A DNA stretch of 64,000 bases, taken from Eledone cirrhosa (Eukaryota). The notes below the pieces were generated by a model. The model saw only the letters and a program-made list of their open reading frames with translations. It ran no database searches and had not been told where the DNA came from. Both the position numbers and the translations under genes were made by a program. This document shows, one piece after another, positions 30,245 through 43,697 of this stretch (positions are counted from its first letter, which is position 1; the number at the start of each line of letters is the position of its first letter). Location of the stretch: NCBI GenBank assembly GCA_964016885.1, contig OZ024756.1:37014001-37078000 (forward strand). The letters run 5' to 3'.

Positions 30245-30550
30245 TGCTTACCTGGTTTCTGTGGCGTGAAGCGACAGAAAGTGCAAGACATTCTCCTGGA
30301 CAGGACGCCAATCCACCACAGGGTTAAACTCCCAGCCATTGATGGTACTCATTTTCAGCTGAGTATATTGGAACAATGGTCGTAAGTCCAACACCCTTAC
30401 CACTAGGCCATGTGCCTCCACTGAGTATACTGGAGCAACGTGAAATGAAGTGTTTTGCTCCAGAACACAACACACAACCCAGCCCAGGAATCAAAAACCC
30501 ACGACATTATGATGGCAAGTCCAACACCCTTACCACTAAGCCACACGCCC
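30245..30550 (-). mobile_element. SINE S2-related, internally duplicated
   Basis: TGGAGCAACGTGAAATGAAGTGTTTTGCTC core block and A-box CCACTAAGCCAC. Confidence 0.65.
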
Positions 30551-30959
30551 CACACTATAAATCTATTCATCAATAAACACACCCTTACCCCACCGCACAT
30601 TCTTTTTCTCCACATATTTCTTCTCTTTCCTGACAGTCTTTGATGAGGTTTTACTAGTTTCCACCCCCACTAAACCAAGTCTCTACTAATTAAAGTTGAC
30701 CAGAAAACATTAGAAATATTCTAAAGTGTTTCACCAATTTTCAGTTCTAATCCTATATTTTATCTCTTAACTATTTCTAGAGGGAAATAGGAACACACGG
30801 ATGGGGGATGGGTGGGGAGAGGGGGCGGGGGGAGGACGTGTAGGGGTTGTTGTTGTTGTTGTTTGTGGTGATGGTGTTGTTGTTGTTAGTGTGGTGGTGG
30901 TGATGGTGGTGGTGGTAGTTTTGACGGTGGCGATGATAGTGGTGTGGGTGGTGGTGGTA

Positions 30960-31240
30960 GTGGTGGTGATCGCGTTGCTGGTAGTGATGATGGCAGTGGT
31001 GACGGTGATGGTTGAGGGTTGTGGTGGTGATGATGGTGGTGCAGGTGATGGTGGTGGTGGTGGTGATCGCGTTGCTGGTAGTGATGATGGCAGTGGTGAC
31101 GGTGATGGTTGAGGGTTGTGGTGGTGATGATGGTGGTGCAGGTGATGGTGGTGGTGGTGGTGATCGCGTTGCTGGTAGTGATGATGGCAGTGGTGACGGT
31201 GATGGTTGAGGGTTGTGGTGGTGATGATGGTGGTGTAGGT
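30960..31240. repeat. 97-bp higher-order tandem repeat (about 3 copies) built from (GGT/GAT)n
   Basis: GATCGCGTTGCTGG recurs at 30968, 31065 and 31162. Confidence 0.9.
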
Positions 31241-31398
31241 GATGGTGGTGGTGGTGGTTGGTGATAATGATGGTGACGGTGGTCGGAATTTTGGAGTGAT
31301 CCGACTTTTCTTACAGTGGCTGTTTATACATATATATACACACAGACACATTCAGACACACACAGACACACACACATATATATACATACATATATATG

Positions 31399-31433
<35 letters not shown>

Positions 31434-31466
31434 ATGTATGTGTATATATCTATATCTATATATATA

Positions 31467-31550
<84 letters not shown>

Positions 31551-31925
31551 CATATATATATGTGTATATAATACACACATATACACACATATACATACAT
31601 GCAGGGAAGGAAGGAAGAGAGGAAGGACAAGATGACAAGAAATAAACATCCCTGCAGAAATTCCTCTTTGTTTCCTTTAAAATGGATTGAATTACAGAAC
31701 TCTCTGGAATATGCTTCTACACACACACACTCTCTCTCTCACACACACACACACACTCACACACAAACACACTCACTCTCTCTCACGCACACACTCATGC
31801 ACACACACTCACATACACACACACACACTCACATACACACACACACACTACACACACAAATACACTCTCTCTCTCAAAGACACATATATATAAACGTATA
31901 TGTGTGTATATATATATATATACAC

Positions 31926-31964
<39 letters not shown>

Positions 31965-31976
31965 CACTTGTATACG

Positions 31977-32023
<47 letters not shown>

Positions 32024-32119
32024 AATAAACACACATATACATGTAAGAAAGGAATATACATATATACATATATATATATACATATATGTGTGTGTCTGTG
32101 TGTGTGTATATGTGTGTGT

Positions 32120-32159
<40 letters not shown>

Positions 32160-32194
32160 CTGTGTGTGTGTATATGTGTGTGTATATATATGAG

Positions 32195-32265
<71 letters not shown>

Positions 32266-32502
32266 ATGTGTACATATGTATATATTTGTGCCACCACCCC
32301 CATTACTTCCTTCAGTCAATCCTGTTTAAGTGTAAAGTGACAAACAGACAGACAGAAAATATCTTCTGTTTTATAAAAACCACCTGTTAATGGCTGAATG
32401 TCCACAGATAGAATTCCTTACTGTTCCCCACCATAGCTTCTCCACAGATAGAATTCCTTACTGTTCCCACCATAGCTTCTCCACAGATATACACTGTAAT
32501 AA

Positions 32503-32661
32503 ATGTTTCTACTTTTGGCACAAGGCCAGCAATTACCCCAGTGTATTACTGGTACTTTATTTTATCGACCCCGTAAGGATGAAAGGCAAAGTTAACCTCG
32601 GCGGAATTTGAACTCAGATCATAAAGGGAGGTAACTCTATGCTTCAAAGCATGGCGTCCGA
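32503..32661 (-). mobile_element. SINE S1
   Basis: Match to S1 consensus. Confidence 0.8.
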
Positions 32662-32672
32662 GTCTCTTCGTA

Positions 32673-32889
32673 CTCCTGGAGATGAGGGCTGCACATTTTT
32701 TCGGGAGTATGTGTTACCCATATGAAATGTCTTCCCCTATTGAGGAAAATCGATTAACTTTTAAATTGTATTTGTGATAATATTTTACACGTTTTTATTG
32801 CATGTAAACTTCCCCCTTTGTAATTGTCTCCTTCTTTTGTGCCCCTGTGGCTAATAAAGAAACATATCTATCTATCTATCTATCTATCA

Positions 32890-32971
<82 letters not shown>

Positions 32972-33531
32972 ATAAACCTGTAGGTTGAAGAAGCGAGCGA
33001 AAGGAAGAAAGGAGCACTTGCACAACATGCTCCTGGAGTTGAGGGTTGTTCTATCTACGGGGTATAAAACAACCCATTTGTAACGCCTCCCCCCTATTGG
33101 GGATTTCGATTGTTATATTTTCATGTTAAAATGTTTTTTTACACGGCTGTATGTAAAATCCCCGCCATACGTCTTTGTATTGTCCCCTTTTCTTGTGCGC
33201 CCTTGTGGATATCTATCGCTCTATCTCTCTGTCTGTCTGTTTGTCTGCCATAGCTTCTCCTCCACAGATATACATTGTAATAATGGCTTAAAGCCTGTAG
33301 GTTGAGGAAGAGAGCAAAAGGAAGAAAGGAGCACTTGCACAACACGCTCCTTGAGTTGAGGGTTGTTCTATCGACGGGGTATTAAACAACCCATTTGTGG
33401 CGCCTCCCCCCTATTGGGGATTTCGATTGTTGAAATTGTTTGTTTTTATATTTTTTACACGACTGTATGTAAAATCCCCGGCATGTCTTTGTATTGTCCC
33501 CTTTCTTGTTGCGCCCTTGTGGCTAATAAAG

Positions 33532-33535
<4 letters not shown>
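32673..33535 (+). mobile_element. Three tandem 3' UTR fragments of a Tx1/L1-like LINE
   Basis: 32673-32866, 32973-33208 and 33291-33535 match the 3' UTRs of 34543-35000 and 35108-35385; the first and third end in GTGGCTAATAAAGAAA, followed by (TATC)n or (TC)n. Confidence 0.75.
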
Positions 33536-33591
<56 letters not shown>

Positions 33592-33709
33592 ATACACACT
33601 CAAACACAAAACCTCACAATTGCAAGCCCAATACTCTAACCAGTAAGCCATGCGTCTTCACACACACACAGACAGGCAGACACACACAAACATATATATA
33701 TATATTTAT

Positions 33710-33743
<34 letters not shown>

Positions 33744-33863
33744 GTGTACATATATATATATATATCCTAATGAACCTTCTGTCCATGAGGAAAGGCGGGC
33801 AAAAATAACATTACAGCACAGCATGGTAGTATAGACAACGTATTTACATATAAACAAACGTAT

Positions 33864-33906
<43 letters not shown>

Positions 33907-34542
33907 ATATACATATATATATGTGTGTGTATATATATGTATGTGTGTGTGTGTTATGGGTAAGAAAGTATTTTTTGTGCGAAGCAATTAGCCAGAGGAC
34001 TCAATAGAAAAATATAAGAATAGGATGGAGATCATTGTCTAGTGTTGGGTAGGGGGGGGGGGCAGTCTTCTCATGTTTTGTTGTTATCAAAATGAACATT
34101 ATCGCATAAATAATTACCTCGACATTTCATGACTGACTGGGAATGTATGAGATTATAATATTTCTGTCCAAATAATATCACTCTGGTGTTTTAGCTGGGC
34201 TTACTAGTGTCTACATAATTGAAGAAATCGAAAGAACTCGAGAAAAAAAAAAAGTCTTACACTTGCACGGATGGATGTATTGGAGAGGGAGAAAAAAGTC
34301 CACAGGTTGTGGCGTATGTCTACTATGTATTTCTGAGAAATATCATATACTAACGAAACTCAACAAATATCAATCTATCCTCGCAATATTTAGATCCTAA
34401 GAAGTAAACAAGGGAGAGTGAGAAAGTAAGAGAGAGAGAAAGAAAGAGAGGGGGGGGGGAATGCGAGAGAGATATGGAAATAGAGAGTGACAGACAGGCA
34501 GACGGACAGACGGATAGAAAGATAGTCAGATAGATAGATATA

Positions 34543-35000
34543 TTTCTTTATTTGCCACAAGGGCGCACAAGAAAAGGGGACAATACAAAGACACATGCCG
34601 GGGATTTTACATACAGTCGTGTTAAAAAAATAAATAAAACAAACAAACAATTATAACAATCGAAATCCCCAATAGGGGGGAGACGCCACAAATGGGTTGT
34701 TTAATACCCCGTTGATAGAACAACCCTCAACTTCAGGAGCGTGTTGTGCAAGTGCTCCTTTCTTCCTTTTGCTCTCTTCTTTAACCTACAGGCTTATATA
34801 CAGAGAAGGCCCAATCACTCGGGCCATTTTCGTTACATTCACCCACCTTTCAGTAAATTTACTGGGGTGCAGTGCCTCTCTCTCTCCACCCTGATTCTCC
34901 TTCTAAAGTGATACTTAAAGAAGGGAATCAATTGTTGTCCGGAGAGAAAGGCATCTGTCCTCAGTCCTCTCAATCTCGTCCACCATATAACCTCTTTCAG
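34543..35000 (-). mobile_element. 5'-truncated Tx1/L1-like LINE: ORF2 C-terminus plus 3' UTR
   Basis: 35000-34786 translates LKEVIWWTRLRG...LIPFFKYHFRRRIRVERE/ALHPSKFTERWVNV...SL* (one frameshift), the K..IW..R ... F..RW pattern of L1/Tx1 ORF2 ends; AATAAA near the 3' end; (GATA)n on both sides. Confidence 0.7.
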
Positions 35001-35056
35001 ATAGATAGATAGATAGACAGATAGACAGATAGATATCTATATATATATATCTACAT

Positions 35057-35107
<51 letters not shown>

Positions 35108-35108
<1 letters not shown>

Positions 35109-35439
35109 TGTTTCTTTATTAGCCAGAGGGGCACAAAAGAAGGGGACAAATACAAAGGGGGGAGTTTACATACAATAAAAACATGTAAAATATTATCACA
35201 AATGCAATTTAAAAATTAGTCGATTTTCCCCAATAGGGGGGAGACATTACATATGGGTAGCACATACCCCCGAAAAAAAAAATGTGCAACCCTCATCTCC
35301 AGGAGTACGAAGAGTTTGTACTCCTTTCCTTTCCTTCTCTTTTCCCTCAACCTACAGGCTGATATAGAGAGAAGGTCCATTCACTAGATAGATAGATTTC
35401 TTTATTAGCCACAAGGGCGCAACAAGAAAGGGGACAATA
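35108..35439 (-). mobile_element. Two more Tx1/L1-like 3' ends inside (GATA)n
   Basis: 35108-35385 and 35397-35439 are homologous to the above and separated by AGATAGATAGA. Confidence 0.75.
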
Positions 35440-35811
35440 GTGTGATAGATAGTGTTACAGATATAAATATGTGTGGAGTGTACAGAGTTGAGAAGATAAA
35501 TGTAAACATATTTGTGCTATATACGACGAATGGATCGCAGAATAAACATCAACGATGTCAACTACTTCCCTTCAAGCCATCCATAACATTGATATATTAT
35601 TATACTACATAGACTAACATCACACCCTTTTTTACCCCCCCCCCCCTCTCTCTCTATATATATATATTTCTTTATCTCTCTCCATATATATATATAAATA
35701 TACACACACACATATATATATATATATTTCTCTCGCCCTCTTTATCTTTCTGTCTCTCTTTCTCTCTCTCTCTCTCTCATTCTCTCTCTCATTCTCTCTC
35801 TCATTCTCTCT

Positions 35812-35851
<40 letters not shown>

Positions 35852-36457
35852 CTGTGTTTACTCTGTCATGGACATGTGTATTACATGGGACATATAACAT
35901 ATCAACATACATACTACATATTTACTTACTCACGATTCTCTCCCCTTCTTTCCTGCTCTCTCTCTCTCTCTCTCTCTCTCTTTCTACCACTCTATGTGAA
36001 TGTATATATATGTATGTGTGTAATTGACCGTGCTTCTTTGTATGTATAGTGTCGATGTATACGTACTTGTGTGTGTATGTATATTTATTGGAAAGCACCA
36101 CTGTCTTGTGTCGTATGTGGCAGGGATAACACTCTCATGGCTATATGCTCCGTTAGTTTGTCATCTCTTGAAGCTAGCACCAAGAAGCATTTCCGGACTG
36201 CCTTATACCCATATCACACGTTTCTTTGCAAGCAGTCCCCGAATCGAATTTTCAATTTTCTTTTCCCTATCTTCCATGATATCTTTGGATTCAATGTAAT
36301 CTTGTTAAGTAATTCTGTGGAAGTCACCTGATGAGATCGTCCTGTTTTGCATCATAATTAGATGACAGAGCTGGGCCATCGAAATATTTGTAATGTATAG
36401 TGATTTCGCGGAATTCAAATTCTAAAGCACATTTTCCAGTCCGGCCTTCTGTTGCTG

Positions 36458-36510
<53 letters not shown>

Positions 36511-36519
36511 TAGATATAT

Positions 36520-36559
<40 letters not shown>

Positions 36560-36563
<4 letters not shown>

Positions 36564-36738
36564 CGAAGGAATTGTGATAAGGAAGCAGATGGACCATAAC
36601 GCACCAACGTACTCAATACTTAGGGTAGTAGAGTGGGAAGTGGGAAATAGGAAAAAGTATGACCCCGGCGGCAGAGCTCAAGCCGTTTCGACGGCTATTT
36701 CTGGACTGAAATAGGCGTCGAAACGGCTTGAGCTCTGC
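36560..36738. mobile_element. Family B element with inverted half-HHRs
   Basis: GCAGAGCTCAAGCCGTTTCGAC...GTCGAAACGGCTTGAGCTCTGC fold-back plus tail. Confidence 0.75.
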
Positions 36739-37400
36739 TACGTGTCCCAACGACTTTCTTTAGCCGTTGCTCGCACCAACCAGAGGTATATGGTCTTTAA
36801 AGCGATGAAATACCAATGAAGGCTGGGAGATCACTGATGAAGGACTACATTTATTCATATGTAACCCATTTGCAACCACGCAGCACGCCATGTTTTCATA
36901 TTTTTATATATATATATATATACATACATACATACACATACACACACACACATATATATATATATACATACATACATACACACACACATATATATATACA
37001 TACATACACACACACACACATATATATATACAGAGAGAGAGAGAGAGAGAGAGAGAGTGTGTGTGCGTGAGAGTGTTTGCAAGGTTAAACATACACTTAC
37101 TGATATATTGAACTACTGGTCCTGATGCTTGTGTCTTTTTAGTCTGGTTGTACAACAGGGTGTGTGACGTTTGGTGGTGTCGTTTGCTGGTGTGGTGTAG
37201 TGATGTGGAATGGTGTGCAGTGGTAACGAATAGAGAAGGTGTGTGGGTGAAAGCCGAGAACACTTAACGACCGGATGACATGCTGTAACAACGGCGGGAC
37301 ATCACCTACATCATGGGGATTCCTGGAATATAGGTCTGTTATTTTTAGTGTCTTATGTACATGGTTGTGTAAATAACCAAATCATACACACCAGCACACT

Positions 37401-37523
<123 letters not shown>

Positions 37524-37524
37524 C

Positions 37525-37622
<98 letters not shown>

Positions 37623-37835
37623 GTGTGTATATATATGTGTGTGTGCGTGTGCTATCTTTTGTTCCTGTAATGTCCTCAATATCTTGGGCCCTTGTGGCCA
37701 ATAAAACAAATCTTACAGTCAAGTATTAATGAGTAGGTGTTCGATTCCTAGTCAGGGTTAACACATACTGCTCAGGTGTAACAAGAATTAATGTTAGTAC
37801 AGGTGAGATGTCAGGTTTGGGAATAAGGTGACTGT

Positions 37836-38195
37836 GGATTGGCAGTATCGGTAGAGGGTCGGACGCCATGCTTTGACGCATAGAGTTACGGCCCTTGCTA
37901 TTCTGAGTCCAAATCCCGCCGAGGTTAACTTTGCCTTTCATCCTTACCTTACGGGGTCGATAAAATAAAGTACCAGTAATGCACTGGGATAATTGCTGGC
38001 CTTGTGCCAAAGGTAGAAACAATTATGTGTAGCGAATTGTCAGAAACGTTAGAATCTCGGGTAGAATGCCGTAAAGCATTCTACCCGAATATCTGAGCTC
38101 TCTGAGTTCAAATCTCGGCGCCGACGACGACCACAACCTTGCATTTTATCCTTTCTAGGACGATTAAAATGTTCCAGTCAAATACTGGGGTCGAC
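37836..38195 (+). mobile_element. Two tandem S1-type SINEs (second one diverged)
   Basis: 37836-38025 is close to 1785-1978; 38030-38195 is an older copy. Confidence 0.75.
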
Positions 38196-38643
38196 AAAAC
38201 CCCCTCTCTTTCTCTTCCCTTCCTCTCCTTCTATGGAACAAATCACCTGATTTCAGAGCTGGAGTGGGGATGGGCTTCGCCAGGTTTTAAAATGCCCCCA
38301 AAAGGCCATATATCATGATGGCGCCCCTAAGACGCCACAGGGAGTTATGGGTTCATACACAGATACCTAACATTACAGATACAAATCAAAGATATATATA
38401 AACAAAGTGTGTAGGCGTTCGATTTCCAGTGGGGTGACGTTGTTGTCTCTTTTGTTGCTTGTTTGAATGCCTGTGTATGGTTATTGAATTTGGATGTGTA
38501 TGTGTCTCTCTCTCTCTTTGTGTGTATGTGTATGTGCGTATGTGTATGTGCGTGCGCGTGAGTGTATGTACGTGTAGTGTATTTGTATATGTTTCTGTGT
38601 CGGCGTGTGTGCACATTAATCTCAGTCTGGATGTGTGTACGTG

Positions 38644-38773
<130 letters not shown>

Positions 38774-38775
38774 CG

Positions 38776-38822
<47 letters not shown>

Positions 38823-39298
38823 ATATGTGAATGCGTATGTACAGGTGTAAGAGCGTATCATTTACACACCACTCAAGCACAGATGTCCACACACACACAC
38901 ACACACATATTTAAAGGGACAGGCTTATGAAAGTGTAAGGTCCCTAGGGAGAGATATCTAACACACACGATACATTGTAAATAATAATAAAGTTTGTCTA
39001 AAATGTCTACCACACCACTACTAGTTTGATATACGTTAAAAGCTCGACCAATTATTTAATGTAGCGTGAAGTTGTAAACATGTATTCCCCCTCCATACAC
39101 CCTCATTGCTACCCAGTACCCCCAATCGCTGACCCAGGTTAGCCCCTTCATCATCTACCCCCACCTCATCCGTCCATCTTTTCGGATCAAATTTTTGGTA
39201 ATTGCCACATTTATCTTTTTCACATTCTCTCACTCTCTCCCTCCTCAATATATCCCCCCCCCACTCTCTCTCTTTCTCTTATATATATATATAGATAT

Positions 39299-39590
39299 AG
39301 GAAAAGAGTCAGAACCCCGACGGCAGAGCTCAAGCCGTTTCGATAGCTATTTCAGGACTAAAAAAAAAAAATGTAATTTAGTCCAGAAATAGCTGTCGAA
39401 ACGGCTTGAGCTCTGCCGTTGGGGTTCACCTGGTTATGGTCCACCTGGTTCCTTACCACACTTCCTTCGTTATAAATATAGTTGAAACAGTTCTAGTCCT
39501 GTAGAAGCCTTTCTATATTAAATATTTATACCCTGCTATGTATTGAGTACTTTACTTACTCTGGTTACCCCCGATTGAACCCGGGATAAA
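39299..39590. mobile_element. Family B inverted pair (39299-39472) abutting a 5'-truncated family A copy (39483-39590)
   Basis: Direct matches to both families. Confidence 0.75.
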
Positions 39591-39645
<55 letters not shown>

Positions 39646-39652
<7 letters not shown>

Positions 39653-39889
39653 TAAAAGGAAAAGAAAATACTGACAAATTGTTCCCAGTGAAAAATAGTT
39701 TAATTAGGAATAAGTAAAAATTAGTATTAAGTATTGATTAGTATTCAGTTTTGGTTTAAAGTTTTTACCGGTTGCGCATTTCTAATGCTTTTCAAAAATA
39801 ATTTTGAGATAGAGCTCCCGTGATGTTTGCTCTAAACTATTTTTCACTGGGGACAATTTGTCAGCATTTTCTTTTCCTTTTACCAATAT
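39646..39889. repeat. About 65-bp inverted repeat enclosing a mutated U3-A8 HHR (39763-39798, minus)
   Basis: ATATTGGTAAAAGG...AAAATAGTTTA is inverted at 39832-39889; inside, minus strand TTT-TTGAAAA-GCATT aga AATGC-GCA-ACCGGT-A^AAA. Confidence 0.75.
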
Positions 39890-40044
39890 ATCATAACTCG
39901 TGTGTTACACCTCTATTCTTTTAAATATATGTATATATATATATAGGGTGTCCGAAAACAATTATACGTACTTCAACAGCATTCTGACAAACATTGCCTG
40001 TACAGTTTTTGGGACACCCTTTGTATGTATGTATATACATGTGC

Positions 40045-40386
40045 AGGCGTGTGGCTGAGTTTCGCAATCGTGAGGTTGTGAGTTCGATTGCCGGACCGGG
40101 TGATGCGTTATGTCCTTGAGCAAGATACTTTTTCACGTTGCTTCTTCTACCTGGAGTTGCGACCGATAGAAAGTACTAGCAATTGGAAAGACCAATGGAA
40201 ACATTGTTTCCTTGGTCCGATTTGACGAAAGTCGATCCACCGTCGATATATATATATATTATATATAATTGTTTCTGCTTTAGGCACAAGGCCAGCAATT
40301 AACCCAGTACATTACTGGTACTTTATTTTATCGACCCCGTAAGGATGAAAGGCAAAGTTAACCTCGGTGGGATTTGAACTCAGAAT
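40045..40386. mobile_element. SINE S2 (+, 40045-40248) and SINE S1 (-, 40268-40386)
   Basis: Matches to the S2 and S1 copies above. Confidence 0.8.
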
Positions 40387-40461
40387 AGAAATTAATAATA
40401 ACATTTGTACTGCTTCTTCGCTTAAACGTTTCTTTTTTTGTTTTCTGTTTACTGTCGCAAC

Positions 40462-40543
<82 letters not shown>

Positions 40544-40587
40544 GTAAATATATAAATATATATATATATATATATATGTCTATGTAA

Positions 40588-40666
<79 letters not shown>

Positions 40667-40731
40667 AATATATATATATATGTAAATATATATATATTTA
40701 CACACACATATATATATATATATATATATTT

Positions 40732-40780
<49 letters not shown>

Positions 40781-41028
40781 AATATATAGATATATGTAAA
40801 TATAGATATATGTAAATATAGATATATGTAAATATATATATATATATATAAATATAGATATATGTAAATATATATAAAAATGAAATAAACCAAAACAGAA
40901 TAATGACGAACTATATAAAGCTTCATAGGTGAAGGATAAAATAATCAGAAACACGTAAGCAGTGGCATTATTATTGCTAAGTGTGTACATATAACCTACA
41001 TATAATATATACATTGGAGGGCAAAAAT

Positions 41029-41664
41029 ATGTCAGCCCTTTTAAGAAATTCAACTTTAAGTCATCGACTTGAATTGACTGTTCAACCGAAATACTACGAA
41101 GAAGCTCTTTCTTGTCTTATCGAGTCAATTATTTATATACGAAGCAAAGGAAGATTGGAATATCATGAAAAATTCGTTTATCGCGAATACCCGAAGAAAA
41201 CTAATTTGAAGGCATGCTGTTCCTTTCCCCTGGTGTATTCTCGCAACGAATCTGACGAACTTCACCAAAAAATAGCTGAGCAAGTCCAGAGAGTTCGTTG
41301 GTTAAGCAGTTCTGAAAATCCTAGCAGCAAATCTTGTTTGACTGTCAACTTCTATAGAAAGGTTGTCAGTACAGAAAAATACAGTACCACTCAGCACATC
41401 TTCGAAGTATGGTTTATACTAATTGAGCTAGTGACCTTCACGCCCAGAAAAGACAGAGAAGCTCGGAATCAACTAGAGGAAATGGTAAATACGTTAAAGA
41501 ACTCTATATCTTATATAAAAGAATGCAAGTCTTCCATTGAACATATATGGGACATTGATAATTTTGAAGACCTAGCCAATATATTTGACCTGTCATACAA
41601 AACCGGGGTTTCTCCCTATCACTTCTTTTTTGATCTTAAAATTATAAAGACTAGTAACGAATGA
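41029..41664 (+). CDS. ATG101: ATG101-like HORMA-domain protein, 211 aa, single coding exon, divergent
   Basis: Colinear with human ATG101 as recalled: LELTVQPKYYEEAL~LEVSVEGRQVEEAM, IRSKGRLEY~HRSTGKFHY, YSRNESDEL~YVRVSSEEL, VNFYRK~LEFYQK, FEVW~WEVW, NIFD..GVSPY~NVFD..DVQPY. ATG at 41029 with A at -3; ATTAAA just after the stop. Confidence 0.85.
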   Translation: MSALLRNSTLSHRLELTVQPKYYEEALSCLIESIIYIRSKGRLEYHEKFVYREYPKKTNLKACCSFPLVYSRNESDELHQKIAEQVQRVRWLSSSENPSSKSCLTVNFYRKVVSTEKYSTTQHIFEVWFILIELVTFTPRKDREARNQLEEMVNTLKNSISYIKECKSSIEHIWDIDNFEDLANIFDLSYKTGVSPYHFFFDLKIIKTSNE

Positions 41665-43205
41665 AAATTTTTAATTAAAAAAATTTTTTTTTATTTGTAT
41701 TTGGAAATTTGTCCAATAATTTAATTTTAATTTTTATTTATTTATTTATTTTTTTTTTAATGCATTCATTTATACCATAATATTTGAAGCGGTGAATTCT
41801 TTACCATCTTTGGATTCAAATCCCACCGAGGTCAACTTTGCCTTTCACCCTTTCTACATCAATTCCCCCCCCCCCCCAAAAAAAGTCTAGTACTGGGGTC
41901 AATTCTTCCTCTATATCTCTTTTTCACTTCCTCTCTTTTACACTCTCCGTCTTTGGAAGAAATCGGCTGTGTTTAGACCTAAAGAAAACGGGATTCGCCA
42001 TGAAACGGGTTTTCGCCATGAAAACTGGATTCGTCATATATTAATTAGAATGGTGCCTTTACGACTCAATTCAGAAGGTACGGGCTTATCTATATATATA
42101 TGCAGAGGTTATATTTAATTTGTTGGGATTCAACAAGCTTAAACATTTTTATAACTGATATAAAGCACTCAAGAAGCTCCAACCGTTAAGGTTGTCTTTT
42201 TCCGGCTATGTCAATATCTATTTATAAAACAAATCTGTATTTTATCTGAAAGCGCACCATAATTTGCCTTGGTGGCTCTTGAAATGTGTATAATAAAATA
42301 TGGTTTTATGAATAGTTTCCATTTATTAATATATTGTGTATGTATATATATATACATGAATATTTCAAAGGTACTGCGGCGGTAGTGGACCTTGTGTTTT
42401 GGTTTTGTTGTCCTTTTGTTTTGAGTTCAAATCCAGTCGAAGGTGGTCAATTTTTACCTGTTCGTCTGAGGTCGAATCTAAGTCAATGGAAACCACGTGT
42501 TTAGACATATTACAAAGCGGTGTTTTTATTGTACAAGAATGGTGATTAATTTTTTTTCTCCAGCTTAAATACAAGGCCATAAATTTTTAAAGGATGTAGG
42601 GTGGGGCTATAGTCGATTAAATCGACCTAAGCACTTGTTTAGCATTACATTTTATGGACCCCCCCCCCCCTGACATCAGCTGGATTTGAACTTAGAATGT
42701 GTTATTAGTTACTAATAACACATTGTAATTAAGCAACCTTTCTAATGATGTGACATACTCCTGTATACTTTAAATATTAAATTAAATTGCCGTAGTGTGT
42801 GTGTGTATCCGTGAAACGTGCATATACACTAGGTCCGAACACAAAGGAACCAAACTCCCACTGTCTCTGGCGCCGTCTCTCCTTATCGTTCACTATCATC
42901 AGTGAATGAGGGTCCTACACGCTGGAAACCTACAGAAATATGTAACATTAGATATTAGAATATACGTCGGCTCCGATGACAAATGTTCCAGTTGATTCGA
43001 TCATCGAAAATCTGCTCCTGAAATTAACGTGCAAGTGACTGAGCATTCCTTAACGTAGTTCTGAAGGTAATTCAACGTAATACGGACTGAGACAAGGGCT
43101 TGCCCCCTTTCAATTACAAGAACAATTGACGGTCAGGAATTGAACTTACGATCACCACTAAAGCAACGCGCCTTGACCTGTGACATCAAATAACTCTGTA
43201 TTAGA

Positions 43206-43255
43206 TCAAGTATGAAATTTGTAGAAAAAAAAAATTCTACAAATTTCATACTTGA
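43206..43255. repeat. Perfect 21-bp inverted repeat with an A8 loop
   Basis: TCAAGTATGAAATTTGTAGAA-A8-TTCTACAAATTTCATACTTGA. Confidence 0.9.
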
Positions 43256-43477
43256 CGACCCAATATATGTCCGAGTTCTGATCCTGCATTTTTTTTATTT
43301 TTTTTTTATTTTTTTTTTTAAATTTAAATTTAAATTTATGAATTTTTTTTTTTTTATTTTTTATTTTTATTTTTTTTTTTAATAGTAAATAAATAAAAAT
43401 ATCAAATTTGGTTGGTTGATGACTCTCATGTGAATAAGTATAATAAATTTCGCGCCAGTTCGCGTTACAAGCTTATA

Positions 43478-43697
43478 ACTTTGCCTATTAATCCGTATGG
43501 TGAGCAAATGGGGTCCCACGTGCTGGCCAGGATGGAGAAGGCGCTTCCCCGGAAGCCATTCCAACTCGCGAGGCTCACACCTGCGGCTGGCCAGCTCAGC
43601 GCCTATGGTGGTGAATAGGGAGGTAGCCCTAGGGCCGAGGACACCAGAAGTCTCCACTGCCAAGGGTACGACCGCGAACCTGTCGGAGAGCGACCGC
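43478..43697 (-). mobile_element. Second CRE-like RLE fragment with two internal deletions
   Basis: RSLSDRFAVVPLAVETSGVLGP...ELEW; high identity to 20884-21149. Confidence 0.8.

Noticed and set aside
36329-36454. Possible minus-strand exon ([15 protein letters not shown]...)
   Set aside because: AG and GT borders exist but there is no polypyrimidine tract and no recognisable homology.
39646-39889. MITE with terminal inverted repeats
   Set aside because: The interior is a hammerhead-family sequence also found without these repeats at 3865, so a local fold-back is more likely.
40981-41028. GTG start extending the ATG101-like ORF
   Set aside because: Eukaryotic gene; the ATG at 41029 has A at -3 and homology starts just after it.
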